Assembly (NCBI GenBank): GCA_964016885.1
Contig: OZ024741.1
Coordinates: 335,358,001-335,422,000 of the forward strand
Direction of reading: 5' to 3'
Origin: Eledone cirrhosa
Taxonomy: Eukaryota
DNA: 64,000 bases
A program made the translations under genes and the position numbers. Numbering within the stretch: the first letter of the stretch is position 1; each line of letters opens with the position of its first letter. The notes under the pieces were generated by a model. The model made no database searches and was not told the DNA's origin. It saw only the letters and a program-made list of their open reading frames with translations. Below are positions 53,874 to 64,000 of this stretch, piece by piece.

Positions 53874-53961
53874 TCCTCGACTACGTAGTTTCGTGGCATA
53901 AACAAAAACAATATATCAAAGATATAGAGTCCTTGCGAGGTCTGCCGACTTATCAAGAGGA
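53874..53961 (-). ncRNA. Decayed hammerhead (core UUGAUAA)
   Basis: Stem I UCCUC/GAGGA, stem II GUCGGCA...UGCCAC, GAAA, 10-nt palindrome ACUACGUAGU, GUC. Confidence 0.65.
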
Positions 53962-54026
53962 TACCTCATTTTACTAGTCTCAAGAACGCGTCTACACGAC
54001 GTGAGAAAGAATCCCAAAAGGCGGAT

Positions 54027-54074
<48 letters not shown>

Positions 54075-54280
54075 ATATATATATATATATATACAATTCA
54101 ATACATAGACAGAGAAAGCCTTAAGCAATACCCCGACCAACTCCATCTCACTCAACAAACATTAGGATATACTAAAGTATTATCCCAATTTAGTGATTGG
54201 GGTGCTAACTAATCAGTATTTCGTTGATAATTAGTTGTATTATTTCATATGAGACATTTTAAAATAAATATCTCAATTCT

Positions 54281-54400
54281 TCCAGATGGCCATTTCGTTA
54301 TAAGATTTCTACATTTTGGGATAATTTCCAAGTTATGTAGAAACTTGTATATAATCCATAGTTTTATACACAAGCGGGCTCTTATAAACTCATCAGTGGA
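54281..54400 (-). ncRNA. Type I hammerhead with 93-nt branched stem II
   Basis: Stem I UCCA/UGGA, CUGAUGA, basal helix plus two hairpins, GAAA, AUGGCCAU palindrome, AUC. Confidence 0.85.
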
Positions 54401-54885
54401 TGCCCAGTCAATAACGATATAAGAATTATATCGACATTAACAGAATGGTGATGGTCTCCCTCAGCGCTAAGAAGAGACTGGTAGATTAAAATCCAGCAGT
54501 TCTCTCAAAGAAAAAAACACGCTGCCCTCAAAAGGGTAAAGGGAGGTCATCTTAAAATAAAACAATATACACGCTGGTCAATTAAACCTGTTAGCTATTA
54601 ACCACGTGTATAAGATCTCAATTGGAAATTTATAAGAATAACCACATGTATAGACAACTAATTGACGCACAGAGATATTAAAACATAATAAATATATGCA
54701 TGGATCACCCATACACACACATAGCTATTCTCTAAGGCTAAATCAGACATGGGATATAAGGAAGATCAATCAGTATTTCATATAAAAAAATAATAATAAA
54801 GATAGTCATACCCTATATCTGGACTCCACATCATTCTTCCAAGAGTATATATTCAAGGTATATATATATACACATATATATATAC

Positions 54886-54924
<39 letters not shown>

Positions 54925-54928
54925 CATA

Positions 54929-54964
<36 letters not shown>

Positions 54965-54967
54965 CCC

Positions 54968-55024
<57 letters not shown>

Positions 55025-55096
55025 CATATATATATATATATCCATATATCTATATACATATATATATACCCATATATATATATATATATATATATA

Positions 55097-55745
55097 TCAT
55101 CAATCATCATCATCAACGTTTAACGTCCGTGTTCCACGCTTGCATGGGTTTGGACGGGGGTTTTCCCACTTGAGGCAAGAGTGATTGTCTTGCTCGCATA
55201 GGACTGTCTGGCAGGTTTTCTACAGTTGGATGCCCTTCCTAACACCAACCACATTTACAGTGTGGGTTTGGGAGGTTTTTACCGTGTTGCCTACACGGCC
55301 ACATTACAGCGTGGACTGTGTGTTTTTTTGTCGTGACACCTACACGATCTCATTTGTTTTGGTCTGGATGGTGTGGCACCAACATAACTTTACATAGAAG
55401 GGGGGGCGGTGTGGATGGGGCGGGGGGTGGGACGGGGGTGTATTTTGTTAGAGATGCCTACTGACTGTAGTAGGTTTTACTATGTATTTAGGTAAAGCGG
55501 GTCTTCTCTATTACTGAGTACCGCCAAAGGTCTCGGTCCAGTGACATTGTCTTGGAGAGGTGTAAGTGTGTGAGGTCGGAATTTATCATGTCGTCCCAGG
55601 TTTTTCTAGGTCTGCCTATTCCGTGGCTACCGTCTATCTTTATTGCCCTGCACTTTGTTATACAGCTATCGACTTTCATGCGCATCACGTGTCCATACCA
55701 ACGTAGCCTTCTCTTGAGTAAACAACATCTGATCCCTCTTATTTC
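55097..55745 (-). mobile_element. RTE LINE 3' fragment with long 3' UTR
   Basis: [12 protein letters not shown]...GRPRKTW peptide, then C-rich linker, shared SINE module and (atg)n. Confidence 0.9.
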
Positions 55746-56173
55746 AAATTTTTTCTTATATATATATATATATATCCATATATATATATCCATATATATA
55801 TATACATATATATATACCCATATATATATATATATATATATATGGGTATATATATATATGTATATGGGTATATATGTAAATATATATATATATATGGGTA
55901 TATATGTATATATATGGGTATATATGTATATATATATATATATATGGGTATATATGTATATATATATATATATATATGAGTATATATGTAAATATAAATA
56001 TATGGGTATATATATATATATGGGTATATATGTATATATATATATATATATGGGTATATATATATACCCATATATATATATAGATATATATACCCATATA
56101 TATATATATACATATATGTGGGTATATATATGTATATAATATAAGATCAAAAGATGGTTAAAAGAGTGCCATG

Positions 56174-56244
56174 TATTTTATTATGCGCATTTCAAAAACA
56201 AATATCATCATGGGATAATATTTGCGTTCTCATCAGATAAAATA
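56174..56244 (-). ncRNA. Type I hammerhead, same family as 29743-29813
   Basis: Near-identical sequence with perfect palindrome AUGCGCAU; short inverted partial at ~56305-56338. Confidence 0.9.
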
Positions 56245-56343
56245 GGGAGAAATGATATGAAGCTTAAAAAACACTTGCGAGCAGTGAAGTGTTTAATCGA
56301 CGCATTTCAAAATCAACATTTTGAAATGCGCATAATAATCCTC

Positions 56344-56548
56344 TTCAGACCGGGTGATGTGTTGTTTCCTTGAGCAAGACACTTTATTTCACATTGCTCC
56401 AGTATACTCAGCTGTAGAAATGAGATGATAGGGACTGGGGTCCCTATCATTCCACTGTAAAGTGGTCGTGGAGGTGCCACGGAAAAAAAGGATCCAGGCC
56501 CCACTGTAAATGAGGTTGGTGTTAGGAAGGGCATCCAGCTGTAGAAAT

Positions 56549-56550
<2 letters not shown>
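56344..56550 (+). mobile_element. Partial tRNA-head/RTE-tail SINE
   Basis: Matches the internal part of the 32030 copy. Confidence 0.85.
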
Positions 56551-56586
<36 letters not shown>

Positions 56587-57033
56587 GTATATATATATAT
56601 ATATATATATAGGTATATACATATATATATATATATATAGGTATATACATATATATATATATACCCATATATATATATATATATATCCATATCTATCTAT
56701 ATATATATATATATATATGGGTATATATATATATATATATATGGGTATATATATATATATATATATATAAACGGAAAAAATGAAACAAAATTTCATTTCC
56801 CACTCTTAGTACGGCTGTTACTTAAATATAAGTATGTACACGTACATACATATATGTATACAGACGTATAGTAGTATGTATATATATACACATACATGCA
56901 CACATATATATATGTATGTATGGATTCACTGAACATTTGTTATAATGCCCGGTGTGTTTGTAAACAAACAACCCGTATTAAGCCGCAGCGTCTAGCAACC
57001 ATCATTGCTCGTTTGTTCAGCACTGACAAAGGA

Positions 57034-57076
57034 ACGCTGTACTAGTTTCAAGTTTATTAGCTATCGTCAGCAACGT
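57034..57076 (-). ncRNA. Minimal type I hammerhead
   Basis: Stem I ACGUUG/CAGCGU, CUGACGA, weak stem II, GAAA, ACUAGU palindrome, GUA. Confidence 0.75.
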
Positions 57077-57153
57077 ATACTTTCCTGCCAGATTTTTGAA
57101 CGTATATACTTACCTTATGCATATTAACGGCTATATATATATATATATATATG

Positions 57154-57189
<36 letters not shown>

Positions 57190-57328
57190 GTATAGGATTA
57201 TCCTAGATGTAGTAATGGTTAATTACTACACTGGATATGGTTGACGTACGGTGAGAGGTTACTCGACGAGTTATGGAAGAATTGTTGAAGAAACTTAGTT
57301 CCTGATCCTTCTGTATTCCGGAGTGTCG

Positions 57329-57497
57329 ATAAAGAATGAATAATAACAGGTAGACATCATAAAAAGGTAATTTATTCCGTGTGCTTACAAATGTTTCCAC
57401 GGTGGTACTACAGCCTAGTACCACCGTGGAAACATTTGTAAGCACACGGAATAAATTACCTTTTTATGATGTCTACCTGTTATTATTCATTCTTTAT
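57329..57497. repeat. Perfect 82-bp inverted repeat with a 5-nt spacer
   Basis: 57329-57410 vs 57416-57497; arm carries GAAACATTTGTA (HHR 3' half). Confidence 0.95.
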
Positions 57498-57593
57498 ATA
57501 TATATATATATATATATGGGTATAAATATATATAAAATGAGATTAATATCCCCACGGGTATATATAGGGTGTCTATAATACATGCTTCTCAAT

Positions 57594-57636
<43 letters not shown>

Positions 57637-57676
57637 AATGCACTTGAGCACTGTACACAATAATTTTCATTATTAT

Positions 57677-57866
57677 TGGATTGGCAGTATCGGTAGAGGG
57701 TCGGATGTCATGCTTAGCAGCAAAGAGTTACGTCCCTTTATGGTCTGAGTTCAAATCCCGTCGATGTTAAATTTGCCTTTCATCCTTACGGTGTCGATAA
57801 AATAAAGTACAAGTAATACACTGGGATAATTGCTGGCCTTGTGCCAAAAGTAGAAACAATTATTAT
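57677..57866 (+). mobile_element. SINE (TTA-tail family)
   Basis: Family consensus. Confidence 0.85.
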
Positions 57867-58113
57867 TGTAGCAGTTGCTTCCATATTAAAGTATAGTATA
57901 TGTAGTGTAGCAGTGTTTTAATGGGTAGATATATACGGATACATATATATCCAGGGAGTGTACCTCCAATGGATCCTTCTAATGAATGTGTTGGTCTACA
58001 TTAGTAATAGATTCATGTATATATCATCCGAGCGTATGGGTATATCCTTTAGTGAGGAAGTGTTGTGGAACAATTCCATGGTGTTCCAGGTAAGCGCTTG
58101 ACTATGTAAGAAG

Positions 58114-58182
<69 letters not shown>

Positions 58183-58185
<3 letters not shown>

Positions 58186-59077
58186 GGTGCGGGCGATATT
58201 TGTTCGCAAGATTACTGTCTAGGAAAAAATAACACAGTAGTTTTATTTTTTAAGATTTATTTATCAAACTTGGGTCAGTTTGTCTTCATGACTTGTTCTT
58301 TCGATCTCACTTGATAAACCCGCCATTGGCTTTGATGACGGCCTCAAGGCGGCTTCAGAACCGGCTACAGGCCTTTGTCACTGTCCCCCGACTTAGGCCC
58401 CTAAAGGCACTTGTGATCCTGGCCTTCAGATAATCTTTCGTATTGCAGCTAGATCTGTTGGTGCCTCGTTCCACTGCACCCCACACAAAGAAGTCAAGAG
58501 GGGTTGCAGTCAGGCGAGCTGGAAGGCCAGATGTCATATGAAGTGTGGTCGATGAAGTTCTCTGACAGCCAGGCTTGGGTCTTTCAGCTGGTATGGCAGG
58601 GCGCTGAGTCTTGCTGCCACACGTACGGTCTACCAGCAGCTACCTGGTCGATCCAGGGCTTTACTACCTCGCTCAGGATGTGGATGTAGCCATCGGTGTT
58701 CAGCTTGAGGCCCTCAGGGAAGAACTCGGGCGTTCTGGAGGCGTCAGATCGTCGATCATGTGTTTTACTCTCTGATGTTGCTTCGTAGTCGAATCCTGAA
58801 TCTTCCAATTCCTTTCTGACCTTTTCCACCATTCTCCTGCTGATGCTGAGAAAGTCTGAAATTTCCTTATTTGTCCTCCCGGCACGGATTCCAAGAAGAA
58901 CTCCATGTCTCTTTCACAAATTTGGAGGTTCAAAATTATTCATAATAAATTATTTTGAAAATAAATAATGGAAATATAGTCACTGTTTTTATGAAGACAA
59001 GAGTGACAACGGAAGTAAAAAAAATTTGTATAACAAATATCGTCTGCACCCTGCAAACAAATATCGTCTGCACCCTG
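58183..59077 (-). mobile_element. Internally deleted Tc1/mariner transposon, DD37D (maT)-type
   Basis: 22-bp TIRs cagggtgc(gg/ag)..gatatttgtt, TA flanks; WQQDSAPCH...WPSSSPDCNPLDFFVW gives 37 residues between the last two Asp after correcting one stop and one frameshift. Confidence 0.9.
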
Positions 59078-59159
59078 TATATATATGTATATATGTAGTG
59101 AATCTGAACTTGTAGTGCACTTGAGCATTGTACACAATAATTTTCATTATTATTATAGC

Positions 59160-59487
59160 AGCTGGTCCCAGATCAAAGTATGTGTATTTGATATAGCAGT
59201 ATTTTTGATGGGTAGATGTATGCCATCTGGTGCCAGATCAAAGTATATTATATGTGATACAGCAGTATTTTAATGGGTAGATGTATGCCATCTGGTGCCA
59301 GATCAAAGTATATTATATGTGATACAGCAGTATTTTAATGGGTAGATGTATGCCATCTGGTGCCAGATCAAAGTATATTATATGTGATACAGCAGTATTT
59401 TAATGGGTAGATGTATGCCATCTGGTGCCAGATCAAAGTATATTATATGTGATACAGCAGTATTTTAATGGGTAGATGTATGCCAAC
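59160..59487. repeat. 60-bp tandem repeat, ~5.5 copies
   Basis: ctggtgccagatcaaagtatattatatgtgatacagcag... units; related single units near 49540, 49935 and 57890. Confidence 0.95.
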
Positions 59488-59499
59488 CAGATAGTATGT

Positions 59500-60440
59500 A
59501 CAAGCAGGCATGTTGACACGGACACACAGACACACAAACATATTTGCTCAGAAACACTGAAATACAGAAGTACAAACTTACATACACACACACAAAACAT
59601 ACAGAGAAACACACACTTACATGCACTCATACAGACACATAAGCACACAAACACAGATGTACATGCACTCATAGAAACTTACATACACACACAAAACATA
59701 CAGAGAAACATACACTTATATGCACTCATACAGACACATAAGCACACAATAATACACACACACAAATATAGACGTACATGCACTCATAGAAACTTACATA
59801 CACACACAAAATATACAGAGAAACATACACTTATATGCACTCATACAGACACGTAAGCACACAATAATACACACACACAAATATAGACGTACATGCACTC
59901 ATAGAAACTTACATACACACACAAAACATACAGAGAAACATACACTTATATGCACTCATACAGACACATATGCACACAATAATACACATACATAAACACA
60001 GACATACATGCACTCACACAAACTCACATACACACACACACAGATACACACACACAAACACAAACACACACACACACAAACACTCAAACATAAACATGCA
60101 TACACATACACAAACACACATACACAATCACACAAACTTACTTAGACACACACATATGCACATGCAAACATAAACACACATACATTCACATAAGCACTCT
60201 TACAAACAAACACAAACATACGAACAGAAACACAAGCATACACATATACATACACACACACACATATATATACACACACATATGTACATACATGCATACA
60301 CATACACACATACACACAAACGAAAAAACACAAAGATACATACACAAACACACATACACATAAACACACATACACAAACATACATATAAACATATACTCA
60401 TATATATACAAACGCACATACACACAAACACATCCATAGA
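59500..60440. repeat. CA-rich tract with ~118-bp higher-order repeats
   Basis: gtacatgcactcatagaaacttacatacac recurs. Confidence 0.85.
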
Positions 60441-60886
60441 TAATAGTGAGTTATGAGTGGAAGAATCAACATAATGAATTATGAAGAGGAGCTAATTAAA
60501 AAATGAAACAATACTTTAATGATAAACTGTGGTTATGTGGCTATTCCTACAAGCTATGTATGTTTTTTTTAAATTAAAATTATGGGATAGTGCGTGTTTC
60601 AACGAAATTCTTAATATCCTATATCACATGAAACAGCATTAGTAAGACATTCTTGTAAAGTACAAAACAGAATAGCAATTATATCACTTGAAAAAGTAAA
60701 GCATTTAGTCTAATACTGCAGATTTTCACAAGCTGTCCACCAGTAAAGCTACTATAAACATTTGAATTAATAAACAAGTTTTTAAAGATATTTTCTGCTA
60801 AATCATTACAGTATGTTAAGAGATAATACTGATAATTTTCACAACAATCTATTCACCAGTAAAGATACTATAAACATTTGAATTAA

Positions 60887-61083
60887 CCCTTTAGCATACA
60901 CATTACTTTATATATACTATTATATTTTCATGGTAAATGCTTTATCTCACATAATATCGAATCTATGAGATTTTGAAAGTATTTATTTTGAGAACAATAC
61001 CTTAACATTTGTTTGAGTGACCGGTTACAGCCAGTTTCAACAGAAAAAGGTAGAGAATTTTGGCCGGTTTGAACACTAAAGGG
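60887..61083. mobile_element. piggyBac-type MITE
   Basis: TTAA-ccctttag ... ctaaaggg-TTAA; homologous to 44845-45064. Confidence 0.9.
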
Positions 61084-61960
61084 TTAACAAACCTGTTTTT
61101 TAAATATATTTTCTGTTAAATTATTACAAGATGTTAAAAAATAATACTGCAAATACTCACAACAAACTGTCAGCTAGTAAAGATACTATAAACATTTGAA
61201 TTAACGAAATAATTTTTACTAAATCCTTACAGGATATTAAGAGTTAAAAATGGTAAGTGATGAGAGCAGATCTCAAAATACTGAACATCAGATAGGAGAT
61301 AAGGAAAGAATGCAGTAGATGGAGGGCTACTTTGCTGGAAATGACCTGTCCGATCTATACAAGCTTGGAAAAACGGATGTATAAAGATGTTGATGGTGGC
61401 ATTGTGATGATGTATGTATTGACCTGTGACACCAGTAGCAATGTAGGAGCACTGTACAGTAGCAATGTAAGAGCACTATACATTGTTCCTTGGAAATATT
61501 TAAAACCTTTAAAGATCTGACTACAGCTGTTTTCTTCAAGAGCAGAAGAGTAGAAGTGAAAATGAGATATACAGGAATAATCAACCCCAGTACTAGACTG
61601 GTATTTTCTTTATTGACTTTGAAAGGATGAAAGATCAAAATGTCCTTAGTAGTGTGTTGAACTCAGAGTGCAGAAAATTTAGTTTTGTCGTATGATCTTT
61701 GAGTGCCCAGGTGAAACATATATATGTATATATATATATATATACAATGGCAGACTGGGTCTAAAAATATTGGTTGCTAGGAGATGAAGGGTCCCACCTA
61801 CATATAGAATGCTATCATTTAATTTTTATAATGAATAAATAACATCTTCGAGTTGGGGGAATCATAAACGGCGGTGGTCCTGGTCGAGAGTAGGGTTCCC
61901 AGTAAACCTTTTCAGTTTTTTCTATTGGTTGTAAAATAAAAACTGAAAAAGGATACATGT

Positions 61961-62033
61961 ACCTCTTGACCAGGATCGAACTCAAGGTTAGGATCACCAC
62001 CGTCTCTAGTACCTACCACTAGGGCACAGAGAC
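61961..62033 (-). pseudogene. tRNA-like (His-resembling) sequence with a Pol III terminator
   Basis: A-box tagtggt, B-box gagttcgatcc, GTG near the anticodon position, TTTTT ~11 nt downstream; anticodon stem poor. Confidence 0.45.
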
Positions 62034-62659
62034 AACTACGAAAATCTTATAAAAATTCATACTTATAAACCTACTTTCAAAATTTTCAAAACAAAGTGTT
62101 GTGGTGTCGTTCATATCTTTCTTAATGTTATTGTTCCTACTTAAGGTCGACTTATAAATCATTTGGGTGTTCCATAAACTACATCCTCATTTTGTTTCAC
62201 ATCTATCTAAACTATATTTTAACCTGTAATCCTTGTTTCATTTCAGTTGCACCCCATTTCTCCACCACCACCCCTCTGCCTCTCTCTTTCTATCTTTCTA
62301 TCTGTGATATTTGAATCTACTAGGATTTAGGCTTACCTTATTCCTATATATATATGTTTTTGCATGTCACTTAGATTCAAACTTATAATGATTGGCGTTA
62401 TATATACAGTGGTAGGTCTAAAAATATTGGTAGCCAGATGAAAGGGGCCCACCTACATATAGAATGCTATCATTTAATTTTTATAATGAATAAATAACAT
62501 TTTCGAAAAATACATAAGTGGAAACAAAACAGTGCAATCAAATTTTTGCGGAAAAATATTATGCATTTTGCGAAATCCAGTGACTTTCAATAATGACCTT
62601 TGGTCTTTCACACTGACTCAATATATATGTGTGTGTGTGTGTGTGTATCTATCTATCTA

Positions 62660-62690
<31 letters not shown>

Positions 62691-62992
62691 CTACATATAT
62701 ATACGCCACATTCACCGCTAATTGATTTGACAGATGTCACTAACCCATTGATACCAAATATTATTTGGTCAGTAGTTTGTGTGTAAGTATATAAATATAT
62801 ATATATGCTTGTGTGTTCGTGTCTATATATGTATGTATGCATGCATGAATGAATACACTAAGCTTTAGATCTAGATGAATGTACAACCACTGATTCCAGC
62901 TATTTGCACTATCGTATATTTTGGTTTCTAGTAATTCCCTGGGGAATTGGTTGATCAAATGCTATATATATAATGTATATATATATATATAT

Positions 62993-64000
62993 CCCAACAT
63001 AGCCTCATAGTTAGTGACCTCATAGTCAGGACTAGACGTACTCGACAACAGAGGAGGACTACCCTGAGGCAAAGAATATAGAAGTTGAAGGACCCCACAC
63101 AGCCAGTAACAAATTTAAAAGCATATTACTTGATGCTTTTGACAGTGAGGAAGAGCAATTAGAGACGTACAATATAGAGGAACAGTGTGAATTCTTGAAA
63201 GTTAAACTGCTGAAGGCGACAGTTGGAATCTGTGGCTGGAGCAGACCTGTGGGCAGGAGGAGAGTAACATGGTGGTGGAACAGTAAGGTTGAGGAGACAA
63301 TCAAAGCCAAAAAAGCAGGATTGGAAAGTAAGGCAGGATGGGGGAAGTAGAGAACACTATCAAGTGGCCAGGAGAGAAGCTAGGAGGCAAGTGTACTTTG
63401 CAAGAAGGGAAGCAGAGGATAGAAAGTTCAAGCATGTTCTACAACGCGAGGACCAAAAATGTGAGGTGTTCAGCATTGCAAGACAATGTGTCAAGGAAAA
63501 CTGTGATATTGTTGGGGAGAAGTGTGTTCATAATGATGATGGTGTACTCACTCTCACTGATACTGATAAGAAGGTGGCTTGGAAGTGATACTATGAGAGA
63601 CTATTAAATGAGGAGAATAAATGGGAAAAAGATAGTCTGCCCCAATCGATCTAATAGAGGGACCAGCAGTGCAAGTTAAAGGTAGTATAATAAGTAAGGC
63701 AATCAAATATATGAAGACAGGCAAGGCAGGTGGGCCTTCGGAGATAGTTGCTGAAATGCTGAAAGCATCTGCAATGGTAGGACATACTATGGTCATCCGG
63801 ATAGTAAACCAAGTAATACAGAATGGGGTCATACCAAATGACTGGCATAGCAGCAGCATCATTAAGTTAGTTGACCAGGTCATGAAGGTCACAGAAAAAG
63901 TTATAGCACAACTAATCAGAGATCGAAATGCAGTTTGGGTTTGTGTCAAGTAAAGGTACCACAGATGCTCTTTTCCTTGTACAACAACTACAGGAGAAGT
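62993..64000 (+). mobile_element. Degraded RTE LINE fragment running off the window
   Basis: ARREARRQVYFARREAE, GKAGGPSEIVAEMLK peptides homologous to the 12553 copy. Confidence 0.9.

Noticed and set aside
58048-58105. Hairpin plus AAGCGCTT palindrome resembling a decayed HHR
   Set aside because: Both core segments would need multiple changes
59160-59487. Regular repeats suggestive of a CRISPR array
   Set aside because: Units are contiguous and identical with no unique spacers; eukaryotic context

Overview
AT-rich eukaryotic DNA made almost entirely of repeats, with no confidently identifiable host gene. The repeat families look cephalopod (octopus)-like, but that is inference. Nearly all long ORFs in the track are (TA)n/(CA)n microsatellite artefacts. 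The real coding remnants are several RTE-clade LINE fragments (with a C4HC3 PHD-like finger inside the RT region), an R4/Dong-type RLE LINE in (TAA)n, a Naiad-type Penelope-like element (PLE) 3' fragment with a GIY-YIG domain, and a deleted DD37D (maT) Tc1/mariner transposon. Two abundant SINE families and piggyBac-type TTAA MITEs are also present. The main hidden signal is about 20 type-I hammerhead ribozyme (HHR) motifs from many unrelated sequence families, found by eye on both strands. Most lie in short (TA)n-flanked, often fold-back, PLE-type remnants and have short palindromic stem III (dimer type). They include a 39-nt minimal form, a form with a 93-nt branched stem II, a recurrent U.U at 10.1/11.1, and a ~550-nt HHR-bearing tandem monomer resembling a non-LTR retrozyme (possible circular RNA template). 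All folds were drawn manually; no cleavage activity or novelty has been verified.
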